Assembly: GCA_002952755.1 (NCBI GenBank)
Contig: CP025011.1
Location: forward strand, 1,020,001-1,052,000
Direction: 5' to 3'
Origin: Candidatus Saccharimonadota bacterium
Lineage (GTDB): Bacteria; Patescibacteriota; Saccharimonadia; Saccharimonadales; UBA4665
Length of the DNA stretch: 32,000 nucleotides
Position numbers and translations under genes: made by a program. Shown here piece by piece: positions 7,218 to 16,200 of this stretch (its first letter is position 1; each line of letters begins with the position of its first letter). The notes below the pieces were generated by a model. It ran no database searches. It was given only the letters and a program-made list of their open reading frames with translations, and was not told the origin of the DNA.

Positions 7218-9569
7218 ATGTTGCAGACTTTACTGAAGCGCATAGATAGACAAGAGCAAATGCACCCACAGGCTCGTAAAAATAAAGGTACGTCCTTCCG
7301 AAAAGGGGTCTTTGCCACATCGGCAATAGCTATGAGCCTCTCGCTCCTGACAACCGCTTTACCAATCATGACAACGCAAGCGGCAGCAGATCCAACTCTC
7401 ACCTACGTTGCCGGAGTATCGCGTTGCAATGGCAACTATCTTACGACAGGGCCGGATGGGGCTTTGTGGTGGCCCTGTGGCAGTAACATGGTACGAACCA
7501 CCACATCTGGTGACATTACTCTATATCCCATAACGAGTGGCGCCGTTGATGTTGCGGCCGGGTCCGATGGGGCTTTGTGGTTTACGGGAACCAATCAAAT
7601 TGGCAGGATAACAACCAGCGGTACTGTTACCACCTATCCAACCACTGCCCCCACTAGTCGTATCACCGGCGGGCCGGATGGGGCTTTGTGGTTTACCGAG
7701 ACGATAGCTAATCGGATCGGCAAAATAACAACCAGCGGTGCTATAACAGAATATGCATTACCGAGTGGCATCGCTAACCCCTATGCGATTACAACAGGGT
7801 CCGATGGGGCTTTGTGGTTTACGGCTTACACAGCCGACCAAACAGGCACGCTTACCGGTGCTGCCGTGGGTCGCATGGATACGGCTGGTACCATTACCGC
7901 CTACCCAGTACCCAATAGTGGGGCAGAGGACGTATTCGATGCAGGCGGCATTACCAACGGGCCGGATGGGGCTTTGTGGTTTACCAACGCGTTGGTAAAC
8001 GAAGTTGGGCGCGTAACCACAAGTGGTGCGTTTACCATATACCCTATAAGTGGTTCTGGGCATCCCGCAAACATTACCACAGGGTCCGACGAGGCTTTGT
8101 GGTTCCTGGATGGGATCTCCGGTCAAAATGAATATATAGGCAGAATTACCACCACAGGCGACACCGCACTCTATCCCGTTGCTAGCACTATCCCATTCCA
8201 AATGGCCGGGATTACAACCGGGCCGGATGGCAATATATGGTTTTTCGAACGGGTGGTCCCCACCCAACTCATGCGCCTTACCGTACCTCCAGCAGTTCCC
8301 ACAGCTCCAGTCGGCCTAACTGCAGCTTCGCCCGCTCAGTATCCTACACTTTCGTGGAATGCGACCCTAGGAGCGACGTCCTACAATATCTACCGTAACG
8401 GCATACTGGCCGGATCCAGCAGCGCCACCACGTACACAGATGATGCCGCACCAGAGGGTAACGAGACATACACTGTTATAGCCGTAAACACAAATGGCGG
8501 AAGCACCCCGAGCACACCAATTACTGTGCTCGTTGATCGCACGCCACCCACCATTACCTACACGTTTTCACCACAGCCTACTAACAGTGGGTGGAATAAC
8601 AGCAGTGTAACGGTAGCATTCGCTTGCACGGATAGTGACGGCTCGGGTGTTGCAAGTTATACGAGTCCGTCTACGCTTAGCAGTGAAGGCGCCAACCAGA
8701 CGGTAACCGGTACCTGCACAGACAATACCGGAAACACTGCAAGTGTTACCGCTCCTATTAATATGGACGAAACTGCGCCAACACTCGGCGTGCCAAGCTG
8801 GTCAGCAAATCCGATCCAAGTAGGTAGTAACAGCACGCTTACTGTGCCCGCTTCGGATGGTCTTTCGGGTGTCGCCGGTGGCGAGTACTATATCGGCACA
8901 GACCCAGGAGTTGGGAATGGTATTCCTATGACATATGGTAGCGGTAATCTGACCGCTGCTCTCGGTTCAAGCCTCAGTGCCGGTGTTTACGACATAGGTA
9001 TTCGTACAAAAGACATGGCGGGTAACTGGAGCCAGGTTACCAATACTATGATTGTTGTTACCGATCAAAACTCCACCCTTGGTATGACCGGCAAAAACAA
9101 AAAAAATCTGATACCAAGCTTGGCTAATGGCGACAGTATGCCTGGTCTTACTAGTGCGAATCAGACAGATGCAGCCGACTATGGCTTTACCGTTCAGTAT
9201 AAAAATGGCAATTTAGACTCGAAAAACGCTTTCCACTTTGACTACGCCACTGGCGCTAACTGTAATAAACCATCAGCTACTAACTGTCACAGCTTCGCGC
9301 TTATTGCCACCAACTTTGTTTGGCTTGTCGTTAACGGCACCAATAATTCGCAAGGAGAATTTGAGGGTACGGCTACCGTTACTGTCGACGGCGTGACAAC
9401 ATCCAACCCATTCATAGTTACTGGAATTGACGGAAGCCTATTAACACCATCGACCAATGACTCACTTGTCCTGAAGGTCTATGCATCCGGCGCAGACCCC
9501 AGTTCAGCAACACCAATCTACCAAGCCTCTGGTTCAATGACGAGCCACAACAGCGTAGTGATTAAATAA
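7218..9569 (+). CDS. Secreted multidomain protein: Vgb (streptogramin-lyase, COG4257)-like 7-bladed beta-propeller, then FN3 and Ig-like domains, then an unknown C-terminal domain
   Basis: SD AGGGAG lies 7 nt upstream. Signal-like region FATSAIAMSLSLLTTALPIMTTQAAA. Seven repeats of the pattern ITTGPDGALWFT..N.IG[RK]ITTSG.IT.Y, as in Vgb. FN3-like PVGLTAASPAQYPTLSWNATLGATSYNIYRNG. Ig-like PPTITYTFSP...VTVAFACTDSDGSGVASY. Confidence 0.9.
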   Translation: MLQTLLKRIDRQEQMHPQARKNKGTSFRKGVFATSAIAMSLSLLTTALPIMTTQAAADPTLTYVAGVSRCNGNYLTTGPDGALWWPCGSNMVRTTTSGDITLYPITSGAVDVAAGSDGALWFTGTNQIGRITTSGTVTTYPTTAPTSRITGGPDGALWFTETIANRIGKITTSGAITEYALPSGIANPYAITTGSDGALWFTAYTADQTGTLTGAAVGRMDTAGTITAYPVPNSGAEDVFDAGGITNGPDGALWFTNALVNEVGRVTTSGAFTIYPISGSGHPANITTGSDEALWFLDGISGQNEYIGRITTTGDTALYPVASTIPFQMAGITTGPDGNIWFFERVVPTQLMRLTVPPAVPTAPVGLTAASPAQYPTLSWNATLGATSYNIYRNGILAGSSSATTYTDDAAPEGNETYTVIAVNTNGGSTPSTPITVLVDRTPPTITYTFSPQPTNSGWNNSSVTVAFACTDSDGSGVASYTSPSTLSSEGANQTVTGTCTDNTGNTASVTAPINMDETAPTLGVPSWSANPIQVGSNSTLTVPASDGLSGVAGGEYYIGTDPGVGNGIPMTYGSGNLTAALGSSLSAGVYDIGIRTKDMAGNWSQVTNTMIVVTDQNSTLGMTGKNKKNLIPSLANGDSMPGLTSANQTDAADYGFTVQYKNGNLDSKNAFHFDYATGANCNKPSATNCHSFALIATNFVWLVVNGTNNSQGEFEGTATVTVDGVTTSNPFIVTGIDGSLLTPSTNDSLVLKVYASGADPSSATPIYQASGSMTSHNSVVIK
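7449..8245 (+). repeat. Intragenic tandem repeats (7 propeller blades) sharing a near-identical ~24-nt core GGGCCGGATGGGGCTTTGTGGTTT
   Basis: Core copies start near 7449, 7560, 7671, 7797, 7959, 8082 and 8220, with spacing of 111-162 nt. The first five cores are almost identical at nucleotide level. Confidence 0.85.
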
Positions 9570-9663
9570 CTCATAACATCCACTAGGGGAGCCGGGACAA
9601 GCAGCGAAGGGGTAATGGGCTCACTGCGGATGTCTCTAAAATAACTGTTTTAGGAGCTAATAT

Positions 9664-10260
9664 ATGAGCGAGAAGGAACGATGTATCAGCTGTCCTGATC
9701 GTAGACATACTTCAAGATTACTGGCACGACTCATAGGAAGAGAGGAGCTACCTGAGGGTTGCGAAGGACCAGTATTGGTCTCGCGTGGCCAAATTATCAC
9801 TCAGGTACGATCAGGTGACGAACCACCTCCTCTGAAAGACACATGGAATAGCCTGATCGGTTCTATGGATTTTCATGGAGAACGTCGCTATAGTAGGACC
9901 GACTGGACGACCAGCACTGTATGCGGCCGGGGAACAATAGAACCTGGCGCGGACGAAATAAGTTTGACTTCCAGTGGATCGATAGTGCAGACAAATGAAG
10001 GCGGGATACGTACTGCTGCTTTTATCAAAGGGAGCGAACAAGATATCACCGGCTATCTCAGGGTGTCCGATACAATAAAGCTTCTAGACGCCACGTCCGA
10101 ACTGGAAACCGCCCAAAAAGCAAACGATGATGCAGGAATAGATCGAGCGTGTGACAAAATCGCCCAACAGGGGTTCGCACTTGGCGCTGTAGCCGGCCGC
10201 AGTATACTATCTGACTTGCAAGTTCAACACCCGCACGCCGAGCCAAGCAAGGATAGATGA
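9664..10260 (+). CDS. Hypothetical protein (198 aa orphan)
   Basis: SD AGGAG lies 8 nt upstream of the ATG. N-terminal CISCPDRRH. No recognised domain. The last ~7-15 codons are encoded by the tRNA-3'-end-like repeat copy B. Confidence 0.65.
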   Translation: MSEKERCISCPDRRHTSRLLARLIGREELPEGCEGPVLVSRGQIITQVRSGDEPPPLKDTWNSLIGSMDFHGERRYSRTDWTTSTVCGRGTIEPGADEISLTSSGSIVQTNEGGIRTAAFIKGSEQDITGYLRVSDTIKLLDATSELETAQKANDDAGIDRACDKIAQQGFALGAVAGRSILSDLQVQHPHAEPSKDR

Positions 10261-10298
10261 AGCCAGGAACCGTTCATTCAGTTCTGACTTTTTGTATA
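10240..10298 (+). repeat. Direct repeat copy B (degraded tRNA-Asn 3' end plus terminator)
   Basis: See copy A. All 5 substitutions and one insertion lie in or 5' of the 5' stem arm and loop, part of which overlaps the 3' end of CDS 9664-10260. The 3' arm CAGTTCTGACT and the T-run are intact. Confidence 0.85.
10261..10293 (+). terminator. Weakened terminator hairpin (copy B)
   Basis: AGCCAGGAACCG / CAGTTCTGACT with two mismatches and a bulge, then TTTT(T). Confidence 0.4.
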
Positions 10299-10471
10299 CC
10301 CAGAGTAGAGAGTAGGAATACAGCTTGTATCGCGTCCGCCAGTCTGTAGACGTTCACTTTGACGTATACATTATACCTTGGGGCACCATGCAAATCTGTC
10401 TGCCGTATTTCTTACTCTAGGTCTGACAGTGCACACTTGAGAAGCTACTACGAACAGAGAAGTAATGTGCG

Positions 10472-10477
10472 TATAAT
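10472..10477 (+). promoter_or_regulatory. -10 box TATAAT, 7 nt upstream of ATG 10485 (leaderless-type)
   Basis: The sequence GTGCGTATAATACGCTTCATG has no SD. No convincing -35 box. Confidence 0.4.
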
Positions 10478-10484
10478 ACGCTTC

Positions 10485-11489
10485 ATGAGATATCAGACTA
10501 TCCATGATCCATCCCTACCCATACACCACGGCATAGCTGCAATTGACATTATTACGCTATATGCTGCCGCTCAAGCTATTGAACCCTATCTACCATCCCA
10601 TGAGATCATCTTGCCAAACGTGGCCAAGATTGAGACCACAGACTTCTTTAAGGATTTGACAGAAATTAAGATAGACCCTAGTGGTCCACATGTTACAGCG
10701 TTTATTGACACTAAGAAAATGACCTGGGATCCAGCCCTAAAGCCACGTAAGACTACATTTATTAGCTACGCTGGCCAAGAGCGACAATCCGCTACCTTTC
10801 TTAACGCAGGCGTACTACAGAGCAAAGACACCCAAACAGCCATCCTACCCGCAAAGCTTTTCGACGGGCGTAAAGCATTGGTATGGGCAACCGAAATATC
10901 GGTAGAACAATTAGAAACCATGACCACTTACGGCCTTTTCGAATATGCAAGACAGCTCGTTGCTTCATACAATCCTACGCATATCGAACAATTTGATACT
11001 GTCCAGCTACCTGCTCAAGATATCCAGTATAAACGTAGCATTTCTGAAATCGTGAAATTAAACCCAGAGCTAGCTAGGGCCATACAGAAAGTGACACTTG
11101 CGCTTGACGATAGAGGTGTCCGTTTCACAGCTACTACGATGCTATTGACTGGTAAAGCACCATTACATCCAAAGCAACTACTCCTGGGCACTCACGGTCC
11201 AGTTATATTTTGGATGACTGAAATGTCAATTACTCAAGCCACTATTCCATTTGCAGTAATTGTCAGTACCGATGAAGCATGGAATAAGGTTAGCGATGAT
11301 GAGAAAGAAGAGAGATGCGGCAGGCATGCAGACAATGTATGGACTCGAGGTGGCGCCTACAAAAAATTAATAGAAGCCAAGAAAGCTGAAGAGAAGAAGC
11401 AGGCATTTAAAGATTGGGTTGCAATAATGACACCTGAAGAGAAGAAGTGGATAGGAGATATTATTAACAAGGGTTATAAGGATTCTTAA
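10485..11489 (+). CDS. Hypothetical protein (334 aa) with a faint serpin-like C-terminal pattern and a Lys/Glu-rich tail
   Basis: ORF 10359..11489 (TTG), trimmed to the ATG at 10485 (MRYQTIHDP). The segment QKVTLALDDRGVRFTATTMLLTG...GTHGPVIFWMTE resembles the serpin s5A/RCL/s1C-s4B pattern. The protein is too short for a full serpin. Confidence 0.65.
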   Translation: MRYQTIHDPSLPIHHGIAAIDIITLYAAAQAIEPYLPSHEIILPNVAKIETTDFFKDLTEIKIDPSGPHVTAFIDTKKMTWDPALKPRKTTFISYAGQERQSATFLNAGVLQSKDTQTAILPAKLFDGRKALVWATEISVEQLETMTTYGLFEYARQLVASYNPTHIEQFDTVQLPAQDIQYKRSISEIVKLNPELARAIQKVTLALDDRGVRFTATTMLLTGKAPLHPKQLLLGTHGPVIFWMTEMSITQATIPFAVIVSTDEAWNKVSDDEKEERCGRHADNVWTRGGAYKKLIEAKKAEEKKQAFKDWVAIMTPEEKKWIGDIINKGYKDS

Positions 11490-11721
11490 TTAACGAAGCA
11501 GAATTGATAAAAATTCCGATTTCTTATGCCTAAAACTAGGTTTAACGCAACGCTGGAATTGCCGTACAAGGATATATGCCAGCACACGCCAAACCGGAGC
11601 TTTTGGATTTTAACATGGGGACCCCAGTTAATCTGAATAGATCCTATCCGATTTGGCACATAGCGATCACGATTATACTGATATATTTGTTAGACACGTA
11701 ATATACAAATATGCAATAAGA

Positions 11722-11730
11722 TGCTAAGAT
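11722..11730 (+). promoter_or_regulatory. Extended -10 element TGcTAAGAT, 6 nt upstream of ATG 11737
   Basis: The sequence ATGCTAAGATATAGTAATG has no SD. Confidence 0.4.
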
Positions 11731-11736
11731 ATAGTA

Positions 11737-12780
11737 ATGGCTGATTTTGATCCCTCCATGCAGCAGCTCCCACCACAGGAGGAGATGGTTACTGTGCCGC
11801 GCGCACTACTAGAAGAGCTTTTGGGCCGCTCCGCCATTTTAGAGGCACAAGCTGCCGAGTTAAGTGCTAGAGCCGCAGAACTTAGGATGCGTCTCGGCGA
11901 AGTAGTGGCTTACGGCTTGAGCGAGGCTGTTACTAACGATAACCAAGCATCAGTAGCACAGCAAACTGCTGAAGATGAGCTTAAAGCCGGCATCGAAAAT
12001 GCCGGCGTAAGTACTTCGGAATTGCGGCCCGCAGTAACACTCTTCTCAGTTGCCGAGGCAAACAGTAGAGTAGATCAGGAAACTATACAACGCCTGATTG
12101 AGAATGAACAGGAGCTAAGAGAGGGCGTGCACAAGATGGTTGAGCCATATTATGGCACACTGTTCGGCGAAATGTTGTTCAGGATATCAGATAAATCTGA
12201 CAGACCTGTTGCGCCCGCTCAAGCATACGCCAACAACCCTGAGGCATGGCATGAGCATATAAATAAAAAGGGCAAGACTATACTATGGGAAGAATCCTAC
12301 AGCGGAACGACACATAGCTTCGCGCTTACATACCTTCCTCTCGCTGACGGTAATAGGTTAGTACGTTTTACAAGCAACACGGATGAAGTAAGGCCAGACC
12401 CTGATGGTGGCAAAGACAGATTCCTAAAAAAGGTTGAGCTTGCATTTGATGGGGGTGAATTGGTCGAAGCTACTTTGGCAAGCCTCAAGAGCGCTGGTGA
12501 CTATAGGTTTAAAAAAATTATAGCTCAAAAGAAGGAAATTCGAATGAGCTTTGGTAAAAAGATGCGTATCTCTGAACTCAGATACTCCCCTATAGCACAA
12601 ACAGAAAAACTAAAAGCTTTTGTGTATGAGCCGGGAACCGGCGACGGCACTTTCGTTGACGAAAAGGCAACTCGCAAACACGTCAAGCCAGACTATCCAA
12701 TTAGCAGGTCCCAGTGTCTCGCAAAACTTGACGAGATTCTAGGCGCTATTCCTACAATCGCTCCGCATGAAGATGCATAG
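11737..12780 (+). CDS. Hypothetical protein (347 aa orphan, N-terminal coiled-coil-like region)
   Basis: Long ORF with protein-like composition. N-terminus LLEELLGRSAILEAQAAELSARAAELRMRL. No recognised catalytic motif. Confidence 0.75.
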   Translation: MADFDPSMQQLPPQEEMVTVPRALLEELLGRSAILEAQAAELSARAAELRMRLGEVVAYGLSEAVTNDNQASVAQQTAEDELKAGIENAGVSTSELRPAVTLFSVAEANSRVDQETIQRLIENEQELREGVHKMVEPYYGTLFGEMLFRISDKSDRPVAPAQAYANNPEAWHEHINKKGKTILWEESYSGTTHSFALTYLPLADGNRLVRFTSNTDEVRPDPDGGKDRFLKKVELAFDGGELVEATLASLKSAGDYRFKKIIAQKKEIRMSFGKKMRISELRYSPIAQTEKLKAFVYEPGTGDGTFVDEKATRKHVKPDYPISRSQCLAKLDEILGAIPTIAPHEDA

Positions 12781-13259
12781 GGGCGTGAGCTAACAGTCCA
12801 GGCCGAGCCAAAAACTTAAGACCTTCGACTACACCGATGCTTAGAAAAGGTGGGGACGTACCGACTGAGGCATATATCCTAAAAAGTGATACTGTTAAGT
12901 TGTATGATGTCGACGAGCAGGGGAAACGCTGCTCGCATATTAACCGATACTATAACACCTACATGAATCTGTTACAAATATAGACCAGGGGGTAGCGGCA
13001 TTCCACTTGGCGAACTAAAAACCTTCCTGCTACTACGCATCAGAAGAATTGCATGAGATTGTATTCACGATGTTAGATACTATCATGATAATTTTTCGGC
13101 ATCTATTAAGGTCGTAGTGGTATCCACTACGATCGCCAACCCGTCTGCCGACTAGTTTAATCTTGAGGACTCATAGCGAACCTAAAACAAGGACATTGAA
13201 AAGCAACGGGCAATTGCATATGCTTGGCTTAACTAAAAGACAAGGGGAGGGCACACTCT

Positions 13260-16200
13260 ATGAACGTCTACATCCGCACCAGCAAACTTCTTAAGCAGTC
13301 GGTACGAATCTTTTCTAAAAGGGCATTCTACTCAATTGAGGCCGGACTATTTGGGATATCGTTGTTCTTTGCCAATATCCCACTCAAAGCTGGCGCCACA
13401 TCCGCCTGGCTTTCGGGTACGCCCACCCTCACAACGATTAGTACAGGTAGTAAGCCTCAGGCTGTAAATGGCCAGCCATGCCAGGACATGCCGATTCGGA
13501 CTAAGAAGAGTACGTTCTTGTCTCCGTCTGAAACCTGGACTACTCAGTGTGTCGGCACGTTCCCGTATGGCTATTTCACGAATTCTAGTTATCTACAAAT
13601 TGGAGATGTAGCCGGTCCGATCCAGGACAGCAATTCGCGCAATGCACTCATTCCCATACCAGGCACAACTAATGTTTTTAGTATATCGAACGGATCATGG
13701 GCCCAATACTACCGATACAACTACAACGTTCCCGCACATCTTACAGCCACCAACGGCACTGGCACTGTCTCGTACCAAATTAATACCGCTCCCCAGAACA
13801 CTCTATCGGATGCAGCCGGGCACAATTTACAGCTGAACTATAGCATAATGGCGTTTTCGAATAATGGTCGGTACATGGTAATTGACGCGCCGTATCTGTC
13901 CCTGGTGCGTGTCGATACAGCCACCGGAGTGGTAACGCCTTTTGGATCTTCGTTTAACTACTCTAACGGAAACGTGAATGCTGCAGGGCAGGTCGCCATC
14001 TCTGACGACGGAAATATCGTGGCCGTTTCTGGACAAAGCAGGTTTCAGGTATACGACTTGAGCACCTGCGCATCAGTTCCCAGTACCATTACTGGTCCGG
14101 TATCGTGCAGCGTCAGAGATTTATATTCCTTCTGGCCTAGCGGCAGCGCACTGAGTGGCATGAACTTTGTGGACGACGATACGCTTACTGCGTATATCCA
14201 TGTTCCAAACACCATCACTTACACAAAGTATGCCGTAACTTCATACGGCCATAGTATTACGACCCAACAATACCTTGCCCTCGGCGATTCCTACTCTTCG
14301 GGAGAAGGCGCTTACGACTACGAACTTGGAACAGATACAAGTGATAATAAATGCCATCTTTCTACCTCCAGCTATCCATACCGCATAGCCTCCAGCCTAA
14401 GTTACTCCGCGTTTCATTCTGTGGCGTGCTCGGGCGCCCAGTCAAAAAATATCATTGGCACAGTACAATACCCCACCGTGCCAACTCCTAACTCTTTGGG
14501 GAGCTGGATGCCCGGCATCACCGATCAATTGCAAAAGGTAGAACTTTCCAACCCCGATGTAATTACGGTTGGGATAGGCGGTAACGATATTGGTTTCAAA
14601 AATATTATTAGTAACTGTGTTGGGTCAGGAACCTGCTATAACTCATACGACAAGCGGACAGCATTAGTGGACAGTATCGACAACGAATACACGAAGCTAT
14701 CGACCGATTTCTCTACCATTAAAAGCGTATCCAAAAGCACGGCTAAAATCTACGCAGTGGGCTATCCGCAAGTAGTCGATCCTTCGGGCGGTAGCTGTGC
14801 AAGCAACGTACGCTTAAATGCCGAAGAGATAAGCCTCGCAAATCAATTAGTGGCCCACCTCAATTACGTAGTCAAACAAGCGGCAACTGCAGCAGGCGTA
14901 CAATATGTAGATGTCAGTGGCGCTTTTAGCGGCCATGAGCTATGCGACCTGGGTACCAATAATCTAGCGATGAATGGCCTTACCCTCGGCCAAGAGGTGC
15001 ATCACATTGTCGGGGCGGAGAGTTACCATCCTAATCAGCTTGGGCAGTACTATCTCAAACAACAGATATTGGCCTCTACGAGCAACTTCAGTACCTACAC
15101 CCCTGGCACACCCAGCAGCGCTGTGACTCCAAACCGAAGTTCAACAACCGCCCAAGCACTCCTGGGTTCATATACTGCAGGTGACAATAATCCGATTTAT
15201 CTCCCGATAGTCCTCGCCGATGCTATTCCGGATACTGCCTATAAGGCCGGCGGCCTAAGCTTTACGCTGGCTCAAACCTTAAGCTCACTCAAACCCAGCA
15301 CTACTTACCCGGTCAGCATCGATGGAGGTAGCACGAGCTTAGGATCATTTACCACCGACTCGAACGGCAATTTGAGCGTCAGTGCGGCTATCCCCAACTC
15401 GGTCAGTAACGGCGTACACACTATCGATGTCATGGGTACAAATGTTGCCGGCCAAGCAGTAGACGTCACTCAGACCACGGCCATTGGCCAGGCACAAGGA
15501 AGCTTCACCGGATCCACCGATTCTCCCAGTGATTGCGTGCTCGTCTCGGACAGCCCCATAGACACCGATCAAAATGGCGTTGACGACGCTTGCCAGGGCG
15601 TAATCGGAAGATCTCCAACTGACATCAACAATTTATATGCGGCTCACCAGGGAGTTACCTCAAGTGGGGAAGATTCTGCTAAGGTGTATCTAGAGCGCAA
15701 CGTATCTCTTGCCCAAAGTATGTTGGGAATCACCGACTATGACCCAGGTAACACCGGCTGGAGCCTGGTGGGCGTGGCAGATGCCTCCCAACTGGGGAAT
15801 GTAGCAAATCTAAAGATAAATGACACCGGTCTAACGCCCAACGCTTACGACGAGTATGTTTCCATGCTCTCCATACGCAGCAGTTCCAGCGGCTGTCTAC
15901 AGATTACCCCCGGCTCGCTGGCCGCCGTCACCTCTACATCATCAAAATCGATGACTGTCGTAGCTACGAATACGGCCACTTGTAGAACAGCAGCCGCAGC
16001 AGCTGATACGGACAGCGATGGAATCCCTGACAATCAACAGACACTCTACCGATTAAGGGCCGGGGATACCTCCTTGGGTGAGTCGTCGTCCGACCTCTAC
16101 ATCGAGCGGAACGTCAATGCAAGCGAAGCCGCCCTAGGCATCACCGATTTTAGCGACAACAACAATAGCTGGAGCAAAATAGCAACATTCAGTTCAGCCT

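Larger units (their letters stand above)
3578..10239. mobile_element. Candidate tRNA-Asn-associated genomic islet (repeat-bounded, no integrase seen)
   Basis: Bounded by the direct repeats at 3519-3577 and 10240-10298. Cargo is orphans and surface proteins. Contains an internal 760-bp ORF-poor gap. No recombinase is recognisable, so mobility is unproven. Confidence 0.3.

Noticed and set aside
10485-11489. Calling 10485-11489 a serpin
   Set aside because: The resemblance is limited to the order of three short C-terminal segments, and the protein is about 100 aa shorter than canonical serpins. It is kept as a low-confidence remark, not as an annotation.
12793-12812. A possible third tRNA-3'-end remnant (AGTCC..GCCGAGCCAA) just after the stop of 11737-12780, which would imply tandem islets
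   Set aside because: Only about 12 matching nucleotides with a 2-nt indel, and no accompanying terminator-hairpin homology. By rough estimate this is too short to distinguish from chance.
13112-13132. Perfect 9-bp hairpin TCGTAGTGG-TAT-CCACTACGA, and a 7-bp hairpin near 12941-12961, in the 480-bp gap upstream of the SGNH gene
   Set aside because: The hairpins are short, lack T-runs and have no recognisable riboswitch or ncRNA signature. I recorded them only as possible regulatory structures, not as a supported feature.
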